Below, in pieces: positions 26,138 to 36,036 of a stretch of DNA of 64,000 bases. The stretch lies in NCBI GenBank assembly GCA_030537315.1, contig JAUNNZ010000007.1, positions 381-64,380 on the forward strand. Reading direction: 5' to 3'. The position numbers and the translations under genes were made by a program. Origin of the DNA: Bacteroidia bacterium (GTDB lineage Bacteria > Bacteroidota > Bacteroidia > Bacteroidales > UBA932). Positions within the stretch are counted from its first letter, which is position 1. Each line of letters begins with the position of its first letter. Below the pieces are notes generated by a model, which did not search any database, was not told the DNA's origin, and saw only the letters and a program-made list of their open reading frames with translations.

Positions 26138-27016
26138 CTAATCAGTAAAGTCGGAATCCGAGTAAGACTCACCCCATCCTATGTCCTCGTTCGCAACCGA
26201 ACCCGGAGAATACAGGTTCAATGCGATGGATGTCACCTTGCTCCTTCCCACGACAATAGAATGGCCCGACTTTACTATTTTCACAGTCGTACTATTATCT
26301 TCATATGTGATCGTTATCGTGAAGTTCTCACCATAGTCCTTCGGCGGCACAGGTATGAATGCATAGTTCCAACTTGTGACATCAAGCGGCGCTGACTCAC
26401 AATTCAGCGTTATTGTATCAGAACCCGACGAAAGGACAGCTTTCCAGGCAGACTCGTCGGCGGCAATGCTTGCCGTACCGCTCAAATAATTGCCACTCGA
26501 GGTGATTCCTATGCTTTTCACCTTTTGCGTAGCATCTGTCTTGAGGATCGATATTGCGACAAGACCCGAAAGATTCTTGAACGCCAGCTCGGTCGAGGTT
26601 GACTCGGCATACATAGGCCAGAAGGAAATGTCTTGAGGGACGTTAGTAATACTTGATGGGAAAGGCACCGTCATCTCCTCGGTGATGGTATCATAAGAGG
26701 CTGCGTCATAAGGGACACAGGCCTTGAAAGTGCCTGTCGGCGTTTCGCCCTCCACCTTTGTGAATACAGCCGTTTTCTCAGGAGACCCCGGGGCCACGGA
26801 GTATTTGGCCCCGTTGATTCCGACAACGTCGGTCGACTGCCACTTGACCAGATATTTCATAATGGCAGGATCATATGACACCGTCGACTTCGTCGCTATC
26901 CCCTGCTCGGTCACGCCCGTGAACACAGGTGACGGATCGGGATCCTGTGGCTTATCCTTCGTACAGCCCTGGAACGCCAGCAGAGCGGGCAGGAAAACAA
27001 GCAATAACTTTCTCAT
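26138..27016 (-). CDS. Fimbrillin-like (type V pilin) lipoprotein
   Basis: Likely start MRKLLL at 27016; lipobox FQGC; TKS...W...D..GING, PMYAES....L.FKNL.G; paralogous to the neighbouring gene. Confidence 0.8.
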   Translation of the reverse strand: MRKLLLVFLPALLAFQGCTKDKPQDPDPSPVFTGVTEQGIATKSTVSYDPAIMKYLVKWQSTDVVGINGAKYSVAPGSPEKTAVFTKVEGETPTGTFKACVPYDAASYDTITEEMTVPFPSSITNVPQDISFWPMYAESTSTELAFKNLSGLVAISILKTDATQKVKSIGITSSGNYLSGTASIAADESAWKAVLSSGSDTITLNCESAPLDVTSWNYAFIPVPPKDYGENFTITITYEDNSTTVKIVKSGHSIVVGRSKVTSIALNLYSPGSVANEDIGWGESYSDSDFTD

Positions 27017-27026
27017 ATTGAAGTTG

Positions 27027-27170
27027 TTAATCGTAATCATAATCGTCGTAGCTGTTACCACGGCCCATACCTTCGTTGCTCGAACTGCCGAAGCTCGAGC
27101 AAAGCACGCGTACGCCCTGCATCTCCACGAGCAGAGCACAAGGTGAAACATATGGAAGTTTCTCAGGCAT
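27027..27170 (-). CDS. 47-aa peptide with YxxP...LCxS motif preceding the fimbrillin genes
   Basis: MPEKLPYVSPCALLVEMQGVRVLCSSFGSSSNEGMGRGNSYDDYDYD; lies between a TATATTTG promoter and the first fimbrillin. Confidence 0.6.
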   Translation of the reverse strand: MPEKLPYVSPCALLVEMQGVRVLCSSFGSSSNEGMGRGNSYDDYDYD

Positions 27171-27193
27171 CGGGCCTATTTGTTTGTGCGTCA

Positions 27194-27201
27194 CAAATAT
27201 A
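27194..27201 (-). promoter_or_regulatory. -7 element (TATATTTG) for the peptide/fimbrillin operon
   Basis: TAnnTTTG match 23 nt upstream of the peptide ATG. Confidence 0.6.
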
Positions 27202-27210
27202 AGAAACAAT

Positions 27211-27246
27211 GTGTAAAAAAATGTAACCTAATGTAAGAAAATGTAA
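27211..27246 (+). repeat. Four RTGTAA direct repeats at exact 10-bp period (putative MraZ operator)
   Basis: gtgtaa at 27211; atgtaa at 27221, 27231 and 27241; directly upstream of the mraZ promoter. Confidence 0.65.
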
Positions 27247-27256
27247 AATTATTTGC

Positions 27257-27264
27257 TAACTTTG
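27257..27264 (+). promoter_or_regulatory. -7 element (TAACTTTG) of the dcw operon
   Basis: TAnnTTTG match 19 nt upstream of the mraZ ATG. Confidence 0.65.
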
Positions 27265-27283
27265 TCGATGCGTATAAGAATTT

Positions 27284-27733
27284 ATGGTCACGTTCATCGG
27301 AAAATACACATCCAAGGTCGACGACAGGGGCAGATTGGTGTTCCCGGCGCCGTTCAAGGGTGCCGTACCTCCGGGGAGCGACCTGAGGTTTGTCATTAAA
27401 AAAAGTCTCTACGACAATTGTCTTGAAATGTGGTCCTACGCCGAGTGGGAGCGCGAATCGGACAAAATTCGCGAGAGCCTGGATTTCTTCAACCCGGAGC
27501 ACGTGAAATTCTGGAGGGAATACATGCGTGACTGCGACGTTGTGGAGCCTGACGCCAAACTCGGGCGTATCTCTATATCCCGATATCTTCTTGACGCAAT
27601 CGGTGTTGACAGGGAAGTGGTTTTCTTTGGCATCAACTTCAAGATAGAAATCTGGGCGAAGGAGAAATTCGAGAGTTCACAAGTTTCTAAAGAAGATTAT
27701 GTTGCCATTGCGAAAAGCCTCTCCCGCAAATAG
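27284..27733 (+). CDS. mraZ: Transcriptional regulator MraZ
   Basis: F.G.Y..KVDDRGRL..P and DAKLGRI motifs; first gene of the dcw cluster. Confidence 0.95.
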   Translation: MVTFIGKYTSKVDDRGRLVFPAPFKGAVPPGSDLRFVIKKSLYDNCLEMWSYAEWERESDKIRESLDFFNPEHVKFWREYMRDCDVVEPDAKLGRISISRYLLDAIGVDREVVFFGINFKIEIWAKEKFESSQVSKEDYVAIAKSLSRK

Positions 27734-27742
27734 AGGGCAGCA

Positions 27743-28645
27743 ATGAGCGAATATCACAATCCCGTCCTTCTCAAGCAAAGCGTTGACGCCCTGGTCCTGA
27801 ACCCGGACGGCTTCTATGCCGACGCCACATTCGGTGGCGGCGGGCACAGCCGTGAGATCATTTCCCGCTTGAGCGGGGACGGCCGTCTGATGAGCTTCGA
27901 CCGCGACGAAGACGCATTGAAGAACGCCATCGACGACCCGCGCTTCACCCTCGTCCACAACAACTTTAGATTCATACACAACTACACCCTGCTCAACTTC
28001 CCGCAGGGTCTTGACGGAATCCTCGCCGACCTCGGCGTAAGTTCCCACCAGTTTGATACCGCGGAGCGCGGTTTCTCCTTCAGGTACAGCGCTCCTCTTG
28101 ATATGCGAATGAACGTGCAGGGCAAAAAAACCGCTGCCGACATTGTCAATTCTTATACGCAAGAAGAATTGGAAAAAGTTCTCCGGCTCTACGGAGAGGT
28201 TGACAATTCCCGCCGCGTTGCGCAACTCATCGTTGCCGCACGCGCGGGCAGTCCCATCCTGACAACCGATGACCTGGACAATGCCATAGCGGCTGCCCTG
28301 CCAACATTCGCTGAACACAAGTACCTCGCGAAGGTCTATCAGGCCCTCCGCATAGAGGTCAATGAAGAAATGCGCTCGCTTGAGAAATTCCTCGCCGGCG
28401 CAGCTGAATCCCTCAGGCCGGGAGGCCGGCTCGTGGTCATCACCTACCATTCCCTCGAGGACCGTATGGTGAAGAACTTCATCAAGACGGGCAACGTCGA
28501 AGGTGATGAGGTCAAGGACGTCTTCGGGCGCAGCAGCGCTCCGCTGAAAGCGGTCAACCGCAAGCCCGTTCTGCCGGAGGAGGATGAAATAGAAACGAAC
28601 ACGCGCGCACGCAGCGCGAAACTGAGAATCGCGGAGAAAGTATGA
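27743..28645 (+). CDS. rsmH: 16S rRNA m4C1402 methyltransferase RsmH
   Basis: YHNPVLL, DATFGGGGHS, DLGVSSHQFD, YHSLEDR, RARSAKLR. Confidence 0.97.
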   Translation: MSEYHNPVLLKQSVDALVLNPDGFYADATFGGGGHSREIISRLSGDGRLMSFDRDEDALKNAIDDPRFTLVHNNFRFIHNYTLLNFPQGLDGILADLGVSSHQFDTAERGFSFRYSAPLDMRMNVQGKKTAADIVNSYTQEELEKVLRLYGEVDNSRRVAQLIVAARAGSPILTTDDLDNAIAAALPTFAEHKYLAKVYQALRIEVNEEMRSLEKFLAGAAESLRPGGRLVVITYHSLEDRMVKNFIKTGNVEGDEVKDVFGRSSAPLKAVNRKPVLPEEDEIETNTRARSAKLRIAEKV

Positions 28646-28986
28646 AGACCTGGAAGATTGCAGACATATGGACCTTCATAACGAATAGCTTCAAGGCTAT
28701 CCTGAAGGGAGAGTTTCTGCTCCGACTGAACATCGGCAGGTATTTCGCGCATATAGTATATACATTCTTCCTTTTCGCCATGGTGATCTGGCTCAGCCTG
28801 ATGATTGAGACCAGTATGGCGAAAGTTGAAAAGAACAAGGCCGTCCTGAGGGAGCTGGAGATCCAGCACTCCCAGAAGACCTTCGAAGTGGTGAAGCTCA
28901 GCCGCCGCTCCCAGGTGGAGAGCGAGCTGAAGCGTATGGGATCAAACATCGGCGAGCCGCAGAGGCCCGCCATAGAGCTGAAGTAG
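28642..28986 (+). CDS. ftsL: FtsL-like cell division protein
   Basis: Single TM then coiled coil; lies between rsmH and ftsI. Confidence 0.75.
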   Translation: MKTWKIADIWTFITNSFKAILKGEFLLRLNIGRYFAHIVYTFFLFAMVIWLSLMIETSMAKVEKNKAVLRELEIQHSQKTFEVVKLSRRSQVESELKRMGSNIGEPQRPAIELK

Positions 28987-28989
28987 AAT

Positions 28990-30864
28990 ATGGCAGAACA
29001 GAGAACAAAAAAGAAGCTGGACAGGATAGGGGTCGTACTCTACCTTGTCTACATCCTTCTGCTCATAGCTTCAGTGCTGCTCATAGCCAGGATCGTCCAC
29101 ATCCAGCTGTTCTTCGATCCCGGCCAGAAGATGACGGACGCCCTCACCCCGGCAAATGTCGTCAACACGGTCGATCCGGCCCGAGGCAACATCATCGACT
29201 GCAACGGACGCCTGCTCGCAATGTCCTGCCCTATATATCAGATATGCATGGACTGCACCGTCCGCCGCGACACCAATTCCCCGAAAGAGGAGGAGGAATG
29301 GCTCGACAAGGCCCGCCAGTTGAGCGAAGGCCTCTCCGAGATTTATGGCGACAAGACAGCGCAGCAATACTACGACCTCATCCGCGGCGCGCGCCTCTCA
29401 GGCAAGAAATATCTGAAGATAGGCAAGCCTGTCGACCGCAACGCGTACAACAGGATCATAGAACTTCCGCTCTTCCGCGAAGGACGCTACAAGAGCGGCC
29501 TCATCGTCGAGCAGGAATCAATCCGCCAGTATCCATACGGCAAGCTCGCCCGCCGCACCATCGGATTCGTCCGCAACAACAAGTCGAACGTAGGCAACAC
29601 CCACATCGGACTTGAAGGCAAGTTCGACCACATACTCCACGGCACCGATGGCATCGAATGGCTGCGCGTATCCGATTTCGGCCGCGTGCGCAACAGTGAC
29701 AGCGTCTACACGCGAGCCGTCGACGGCCAGGACCTCCGCACCACAATCAATATCGACTACCAGGAAATCGCCGACAAGGCCCTGCGCGAGCAGATCCAGA
29801 ACGAGGCGGACCTCGAAGGCGCCTGCTTCGTGCTGATGGAGGTCAGCACCGGCGCCATCCGCGCGATGGTCAACCTGTCACGAGACAGGGACACGCACAC
29901 TTTCGAGGAGATCCAGAACATGGCGATCGGCCGCAAGGGCGAACCCGGGTCGGTCTTCAAGACCGTCACCCTCATGTCCGTCCTCAATGACGGATATATC
30001 CACAGTCTCGAAGAGACTCTGCCGGCCACAACGGGCAATGTGGCAGGGACCACCATCAAGGACCCGCACATCCCGGAATTCGTCCATTCACACCACACCA
30101 ACAGGATTTCCGTCATCGACGGCTTCAAGATATCCTCCAACTATGTCTTCGCGACCCTCGCCGTACAGAACTACGGCGTCATCCGCAAGGGCAAGAAAGT
30201 GGATTATGAAAGAACCGAGAAATTCCTCGGCAACATCTACGCCTACAAGCTGGGCGACGCCTTCGACTTCGACCTGGACGGCCTCCAGACCCCTACCATA
30301 CCGAATCCGAAGACCCGCTACTGGACCGACACCGACCTGGGTTCCATCGGCTTCGGATACAGTACCGAGGAGACTCCCCTCCACATCCTGACCTTCTACA
30401 ACGCCATCGCCAACAAGGGGAAGATGATGAAGCCGTATCTGGTGGAGGACTTCGAGGTTGAAGGCAAGGTTACCACGAAACGCGGCCCGAGCATCCTCAC
30501 CGCCGCCGTGTGCACGAAGGCGGTGGCCGACACCATCACACGCGCCCTCAAGGCCGTGACGGAGGAAGGCACGGCGAGGCGTCTCAAAGACGCGAAGTGC
30601 ACCGTTGCCGGCAAGACCGGAACCTCGTTCGGCACCTACGAAAACGGCCAGTACGTCAACGCGGCCGGCCAGCGCAAATACCAGGGAACCTTCGTCGGGT
30701 TCTTCCCCGCCGAAGCCCCCCAATACAGTGTAATCTGCATGGTTTATTCGAAACCGACGAACCAGCAGTTCCAGGGAGGCGGAATCCCTGCCCGCGCCAT
30801 AAAGACAGTGATAGACAAATTATATAACATAGACCCATGCTTCCGAGAGAGTATCCAGCAATAA
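28990..30864 (+). CDS. ftsI: Class B penicillin-binding protein (FtsI/PBP3)
   Basis: N-terminal TM, RGNI.D.NG, EPGSVFK (SxxK), SSN, KTGT. Confidence 0.92.
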   Translation: MAEQRTKKKLDRIGVVLYLVYILLLIASVLLIARIVHIQLFFDPGQKMTDALTPANVVNTVDPARGNIIDCNGRLLAMSCPIYQICMDCTVRRDTNSPKEEEEWLDKARQLSEGLSEIYGDKTAQQYYDLIRGARLSGKKYLKIGKPVDRNAYNRIIELPLFREGRYKSGLIVEQESIRQYPYGKLARRTIGFVRNNKSNVGNTHIGLEGKFDHILHGTDGIEWLRVSDFGRVRNSDSVYTRAVDGQDLRTTINIDYQEIADKALREQIQNEADLEGACFVLMEVSTGAIRAMVNLSRDRDTHTFEEIQNMAIGRKGEPGSVFKTVTLMSVLNDGYIHSLEETLPATTGNVAGTTIKDPHIPEFVHSHHTNRISVIDGFKISSNYVFATLAVQNYGVIRKGKKVDYERTEKFLGNIYAYKLGDAFDFDLDGLQTPTIPNPKTRYWTDTDLGSIGFGYSTEETPLHILTFYNAIANKGKMMKPYLVEDFEVEGKVTTKRGPSILTAAVCTKAVADTITRALKAVTEEGTARRLKDAKCTVAGKTGTSFGTYENGQYVNAAGQRKYQGTFVGFFPAEAPQYSVICMVYSKPTNQQFQGGGIPARAIKTVIDKLYNIDPCFRESIQQ

Positions 30865-32186
30865 CCTGCGACTCACGCAAAGTCACCCCGGGCTGCCTTT
30901 TCATAGCGGTCAAGGGGGCCAATGACGACGGCAACAAATACGTCGACGCGGCAATGAAGGCCGGCGCGGCCGCCTATGTCTCAACAGACAGGCTCGGCCT
31001 CGCCCGCATCGCCGACGAGTTCTACGGACACCCGAGCGGAAAGCTGAAACTCGTGGGCATCACAGGAACCAACGGCAAGACGACCACCGTCACCCTGCTG
31101 TACAATATGATGCGCAGTCTCGGCTACGAATGCGGTCTGCTGTCCACCATAGCCAACTACGTCGGTTCAAGACGCACCGAAACCACCAACACCACATCCG
31201 ACCCTATCACCATCAACCGTCTGCTGGCGGAGATGGTTGACGCGGGATGCGAATACTGCTTTATGGAAGTCAGCTCGATCGGAGTCGAACAGGAGCGCGT
31301 CGCATATCTGGAATTCGCAGTCGGCATATTCTCCAACCTGACCCACGACCATCTGGATTATCACGGAACATTCGCCGAATATCTACGCTGCAAGAAGCTG
31401 TTCTTCGACAATCTTCCGGCAAGCGCAACCGCCATCACGAACATTGACGACCGCAACGGCTCCGTAATGGTTCAGAACACCAGGGCCAATGTCATGACAT
31501 ATTCCTGCCACAGTGCAGCTGACCATACCTGCCGCATAATAGAAGAAAGTTTCGACGGAATGCTCCTGAAGATAGACGGCATCGAGGTCTGGACAAAGCT
31601 CATCGGCGCGCACAACGCATACAACCTGCTCGCCATCTACAGCGCGGCCGTCGCTCTGGGCACACCGGTCGAGGAGGCGCTGATAGCGCTCTCAAAGCTC
31701 GAGTCGGCTCCGGGCCGCCTCGAGAATCACCGCGGCCCGCGCGACCTCAGCGTCATCATCGACTACGCTCACACGCCTGACGCTATGGAGAACGTGCTCA
31801 AGACGCTCCGCGACGTCGCGCCGGAGCGCGAACTCATCTGCCTTTTCGGCTGCGGAGGCGACCGTGACAGGACAAAGCGTCCGGAGATGGCCGCCGTAGC
31901 GGAGAAGTTCGCTGACAGGATATTCGTCACCTCGGACAACTCGCGCACTGAGCGCACTGAAGATATCATCGAAGACATCAAGAAGGGTTTCACGCCATCG
32001 GGCCTTGCGAAGGCGATATGCATTTCCGACCGCAGGGAGGCGATACGCACAGCCATTATGCTGGCGCCGGAAGGCGCAACCATCCTTCTGGCCGGAAAGG
32101 GCCACGAGGACTACCAGATTCTCGGCACCGAGAAGCTGCATTTCGATGAGAGGGAAATTGTTGATGAAGTGTTTAAAACCTTATAA
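30837..32186 (+). CDS. murE: UDP-MurNAc-dipeptide--diaminopimelate ligase MurE
   Basis: DSRKV, GITGTNGKTT, MEVSS, DHLDYH, DYAHTPD, GCGGDRD, AGKGHE. Confidence 0.96.
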   Translation: MLPREYPAITCDSRKVTPGCLFIAVKGANDDGNKYVDAAMKAGAAAYVSTDRLGLARIADEFYGHPSGKLKLVGITGTNGKTTTVTLLYNMMRSLGYECGLLSTIANYVGSRRTETTNTTSDPITINRLLAEMVDAGCEYCFMEVSSIGVEQERVAYLEFAVGIFSNLTHDHLDYHGTFAEYLRCKKLFFDNLPASATAITNIDDRNGSVMVQNTRANVMTYSCHSAADHTCRIIEESFDGMLLKIDGIEVWTKLIGAHNAYNLLAIYSAAVALGTPVEEALIALSKLESAPGRLENHRGPRDLSVIIDYAHTPDAMENVLKTLRDVAPERELICLFGCGGDRDRTKRPEMAAVAEKFADRIFVTSDNSRTERTEDIIEDIKKGFTPSGLAKAICISDRREAIRTAIMLAPEGATILLAGKGHEDYQILGTEKLHFDEREIVDEVFKTL

Positions 32187-32189
32187 GCT

Positions 32190-33347
32190 ATGTTATATCA
32201 TTTAGTCGAATGGCTCAAGGAACTTGGGGTCGATCTGCCGGGATCGGGCTTGATGGGGTATCTGTCCTTCAGGGCGATGCTCGCGGCCGTATTCAGTATG
32301 ATCATTTCATTTTTCGCCGGCGGGAAAATCATCAGCCTGCTCCAGAAGAAGCAGATCGGTGAAACCATCCGTGACCTCGGGCTTGAGGGGCAGATGCAGA
32401 AGAAGGGCACCCCTACGATGGGCGGTGTCATCATCATCCTCTCGGTCATAGGCTCTGCGCTGCTGGTGTGCAGACTTGATAGCATCTATACCATACTTCT
32501 CATTGTCACGACATTGTGGTGCGGGGCAATCGGCTTCGCCGACGACTATATCAAGGTTTTCAAGCACAACAAGGAGGGAATGAGTGAAAAAGGCAAGCTT
32601 GTGCTCCAATTCGGCCTGGGTCTTTTCATCGCCCTGATGTGCTGTATCAGCCCCGAGATCCACTCTGACAACCTCATAACCACCATTCCTTTCGTAAAGG
32701 CGAACGAGTTCGACTACTCCTGGCTGTCTCCTTTCAAGGGCCAGCTTGGCGTATATTGCTCCTGGGGCATATACATGCTGATGATCATCTTCGTCATCCT
32801 CGCCTGCTCGAACGGTACCAACCTTACTGACGGTATGGACGGCCTTGCGGCCGGAACGTCAGCTATCGTCGGAGTCGTGATCGGCGTCATGGCGTGGCTC
32901 AGCGGTGACGTACTTGACGCGAGCTACCTCAACATAATGCATATACCGGGCGCCGGTGAAGTTGCGATATTCATGTCCGCCTTCGTCGGATCCCTCATAG
33001 GATTCCTTTGGTACAACACATTCCCCGCACAGGTATTCATGGGTGACACCGGCAGCCTCACCATAGGTGGGGTCATCGGTGTAAGCGCAGTGCTCATCCG
33101 CAAGGAGCTGCTCCTTCCTCTGCTCTGCGGCATCTTCCTTATGGAGAGCCTGTCCGTAATCATCCAGAGGACTCATTTCAAACGCACGAAGAAAAAATAT
33201 GGCGAAGGACGCCGCGTGTTCCTTATGGCACCGCTCCATCACCATTACCAGAAAAAGAACATCCCGGAGCCTCGTATCGTCACTCGCTTCTGGATTGTAG
33301 GAATATTGCTCGGAGTGGCCTCACTTGCTATTTTGAAGATCAGATAA
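32190..33347 (+). CDS. mraY: Phospho-MurNAc-pentapeptide transferase MraY
   Basis: KKGTPTMGG, DDYIK, NLTDGMDGL, FMGDTGSL, MAPLHHH. Confidence 0.97.
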   Translation: MLYHLVEWLKELGVDLPGSGLMGYLSFRAMLAAVFSMIISFFAGGKIISLLQKKQIGETIRDLGLEGQMQKKGTPTMGGVIIILSVIGSALLVCRLDSIYTILLIVTTLWCGAIGFADDYIKVFKHNKEGMSEKGKLVLQFGLGLFIALMCCISPEIHSDNLITTIPFVKANEFDYSWLSPFKGQLGVYCSWGIYMLMIIFVILACSNGTNLTDGMDGLAAGTSAIVGVVIGVMAWLSGDVLDASYLNIMHIPGAGEVAIFMSAFVGSLIGFLWYNTFPAQVFMGDTGSLTIGGVIGVSAVLIRKELLLPLLCGIFLMESLSVIIQRTHFKRTKKKYGEGRRVFLMAPLHHHYQKKNIPEPRIVTRFWIVGILLGVASLAILKIR

Positions 33348-33348
33348 T

Positions 33349-34680
33349 ATGAGAGTTGTTGTATTGGGCGGCGGCGAGAGCGGAGTAGGTTCCGCCGTAC
33401 TGGCGAAAGTCAAGGGATTCGATGTCTTCCTGTCAGATATGGGAGCCATCAAGCCCGAATATGTCAAGACCCTGCAGGAATGGGAGATTCCATTCGAGCA
33501 GGGCCGGCATTCCGAGGACCTGATTCTCAACGCCGACGAGGTGGTGAAGAGTCCGGGCATCCCGTCGACTGCGCCGATGGTTCGCGCGATAGCCGCGCAG
33601 GGCATCCACATCGTGTCAGAGATAGAGTTCGCGTCCCGCTTCGACAGCGCGAAGAAGATTTGCATAACCGGTTCGAACGGCAAGACTACCACAACGTCAC
33701 TGATTTATTACCTTCTGAAGGAGGCCGGCCTGAACGTGGGCCTCGGGGGCAACATCGGCAAGAGCTACGCGATGCAGGTGGCCACCGAGAAACACGACTA
33801 CTATGTCCTGGAAATCAGCAGTTTCCAGCTTGACGACACATACGAGTTCCGTCCCGACATCGCAATCCTGATGAATATCACGCCCGACCATCTGGACAGG
33901 TATGACCACAAGATGGAGAACTACACCCTCGCCAAGTTCAAGATAACCCAGAACCTCCGTCCGGAGGACTGCTTCATCTTCGACTCCGACGACAAGATCA
34001 CCATCGGGCACCTCAGCAAGATTGTCCTCAAGGCGAAGATGCTCCCGTTCACACAGGAGAAGGAGGTGGAGCAGGGCGCATTCATCCGCGACGGGAAGAT
34101 TGTCGTACGCTATGGCGAGGACGAAACCGACATCTATCTCAACCAGCTCGCGCTCGGCGGACGCCACAACATCTACAATTCCATGGCGGCGGCCCTGGCC
34201 GCAAAGGCATCGGGCATCGATGACGATGTCATCCGCAATTCGCTCAAGACATTCTCCCCTATCGAACACAGGCTCGAACCCGTGCTGAGCGTCAGGAACG
34301 TTCTCTATATCAATGACTCCAAGGCGACCAACATCGATTCCGCATGGTATGCGCTGGAATGCCAGACCAGCCCGGTCATATGGATTGTCGGAGGCAAGGA
34401 CAAGGGTAACGACTACAGCATTCTGGACGACCTCGTCAAGAAGAAGGTGAAAGCCATCGTCTGCATGGGAGTAGACAACAGCAAGATACATGCGGCATAC
34501 GAGAAATTCGGCCTGCCTATGGTGGACACCGGATCCGCGGACGAGGCGGTCCGCGAGTCCGCGAAACTGGCCAGCCCGGGCGACGTCGTGCTGCTCAGCC
34601 CTTGCTGCGCAAGCTTCGACCTCTTCGACAACTACGAAGACAGGGGACGCAAATTCAAGGAAGCAGTCAGAAAACTTTAG
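33349..34680 (+). CDS. murD: UDP-MurNAc-L-Ala--D-Glu ligase MurD
   Basis: KSPGIP, ITGSNGKTTT, EISSFQL, DHLDRY, NDSKATN, SP.CASFD. Confidence 0.97.
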   Translation: MRVVVLGGGESGVGSAVLAKVKGFDVFLSDMGAIKPEYVKTLQEWEIPFEQGRHSEDLILNADEVVKSPGIPSTAPMVRAIAAQGIHIVSEIEFASRFDSAKKICITGSNGKTTTTSLIYYLLKEAGLNVGLGGNIGKSYAMQVATEKHDYYVLEISSFQLDDTYEFRPDIAILMNITPDHLDRYDHKMENYTLAKFKITQNLRPEDCFIFDSDDKITIGHLSKIVLKAKMLPFTQEKEVEQGAFIRDGKIVVRYGEDETDIYLNQLALGGRHNIYNSMAAALAAKASGIDDDVIRNSLKTFSPIEHRLEPVLSVRNVLYINDSKATNIDSAWYALECQTSPVIWIVGGKDKGNDYSILDDLVKKKVKAIVCMGVDNSKIHAAYEKFGLPMVDTGSADEAVRESAKLASPGDVVLLSPCCASFDLFDNYEDRGRKFKEAVRKL

Positions 34681-34683
34681 AAT

Positions 34684-36036
34684 ATGGCAGAGACAAAGAA
34701 GACAGGCCGTTCACTGGCCGAAAGACTTGAAGGCGACAAGGTGGTATGGATCATCGTCATGATGCTCCTCCTCATCTCCATCGTCTGCATGTTCTCATCC
34801 ACCTCCAGGCTTCTGCGCGGTGACATGACGAGAATCGACCTCGTCAAGAACCAGCTGATCATGGTGGGTGCGGGTCTTCTTGTCATCATCGGCTGCTACA
34901 ACATCAAGAACATAGGGGTTTTCCGCTGGTGCGCGAAATTCGGGTTCCTGCTGTCGTTCATCCTGCTGCTTATTCTTGACCTGCATATCAAGACACCGTT
35001 CATCAAGGCCATCAACATCAACAACGCCTGGCGAATCCTTTCTGTCGCCGGCGTGCAGATACACGTGTTCGAAGTGGTCAAGGTCGCGATGGTGCTCTAC
35101 TTCGCGTGGGCTATCGATGCCCTGAAAGAGGGCAGCCTGAGATGGCCGAAGGATCCTCTCTGGCAGAAAGCGGTATATCTCTACGCACCTTTCCTCATAA
35201 CCTTCGTGATGATTATCCCGGGCAGCAACTCCAGCGCCCTTTTCATAGGCGGTATAATGTTCATCGTGATTCTGCTCGGCGGCGGAAACGCCCGCGAGCT
35301 GTTCCTGCTCGCGGCGGCGGGAGCGCTCATCATCGCGATCTGCGTAGGCATCTACAAGATTTCAGACGGAAAATATATGAGCCGCATCGGTACAGGTATC
35401 GAACGAATCTTTGAAGATGACGACTGGGAAGGACAGTTCGAGGCCGCCCCGAGGGGTAGCGTGGAATATCAGAAAGCACTTGATGCGCTGCGGCAGCCTA
35501 TCAGCGCCAAGATTGCCATAAAGGAAGGCGGATTCTTCGGGAAGGGCCCGGGGCAGAGCACGCAGAGATACGTCGTGCCTGATATGTCCGAGGACTATAT
35601 GTACAGTTTTATCGTTGAAGAATACGGAATCTGGGGCGCGGCCCTGGTGATCTTCCTATATGTATCGCTCCTGGCAAGAGCATCGCTCATAGCCCGCAAC
35701 TGCGGCAGCGACGATTTTGCCAAACTCACGGTAGCCGGCCTCTGCCTGCTGATCACAGGACAGGCCTTCCTCCATATGTTCGTGAACGCCGACATAGGCC
35801 CGATGACGGGACAGACTCTTCCGCTCATCAGCCACGGCAACTCCGCCTTCCTCTGTTTCTGCCTCGCATTCGGCATAATCCTGAGCATCAGCCGTATTGC
35901 CGCGAGGAAGATCGAGAAGGAAACCCTTATGGCCGAACCTCTTGTGGAAATGCACGAGAGCGAGGATATGCGTGAAGGTCTGAATGACCTGGACTCATTT
36001 GAATCTGGTGAAAATCTATCGAACGATGAACTATAA
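34684..36036 (+). CDS. ftsW: SEDS family peptidoglycan polymerase FtsW
   Basis: Multi-TM; GG.FGKGPGQS, D...S.IVEEYG, P.TGQTLPLIS.G. Confidence 0.93.
   Translation: MAETKKTGRSLAERLEGDKVVWIIVMMLLLISIVCMFSSTSRLLRGDMTRIDLVKNQLIMVGAGLLVIIGCYNIKNIGVFRWCAKFGFLLSFILLLILDLHIKTPFIKAININNAWRILSVAGVQIHVFEVVKVAMVLYFAWAIDALKEGSLRWPKDPLWQKAVYLYAPFLITFVMIIPGSNSSALFIGGIMFIVILLGGGNARELFLLAAAGALIIAICVGIYKISDGKYMSRIGTGIERIFEDDDWEGQFEAAPRGSVEYQKALDALRQPISAKIAIKEGGFFGKGPGQSTQRYVVPDMSEDYMYSFIVEEYGIWGAALVIFLYVSLLARASLIARNCGSDDFAKLTVAGLCLLITGQAFLHMFVNADIGPMTGQTLPLISHGNSAFLCFCLAFGIILSISRIAARKIEKETLMAEPLVEMHESEDMREGLNDLDSFESGENLSNDEL

Noticed and set aside
24822-27170. Complete diversity-generating retroelement
   Set aside because: No reverse transcriptase and no template/variable repeat pair seen in the window
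27027-27170. RiPP (lasso-type) precursor, suggested by the YxxP motif
   Set aside because: No RRE, peptidase, cyclase or radical SAM gene nearby; similarity to the pilin tail explains it better
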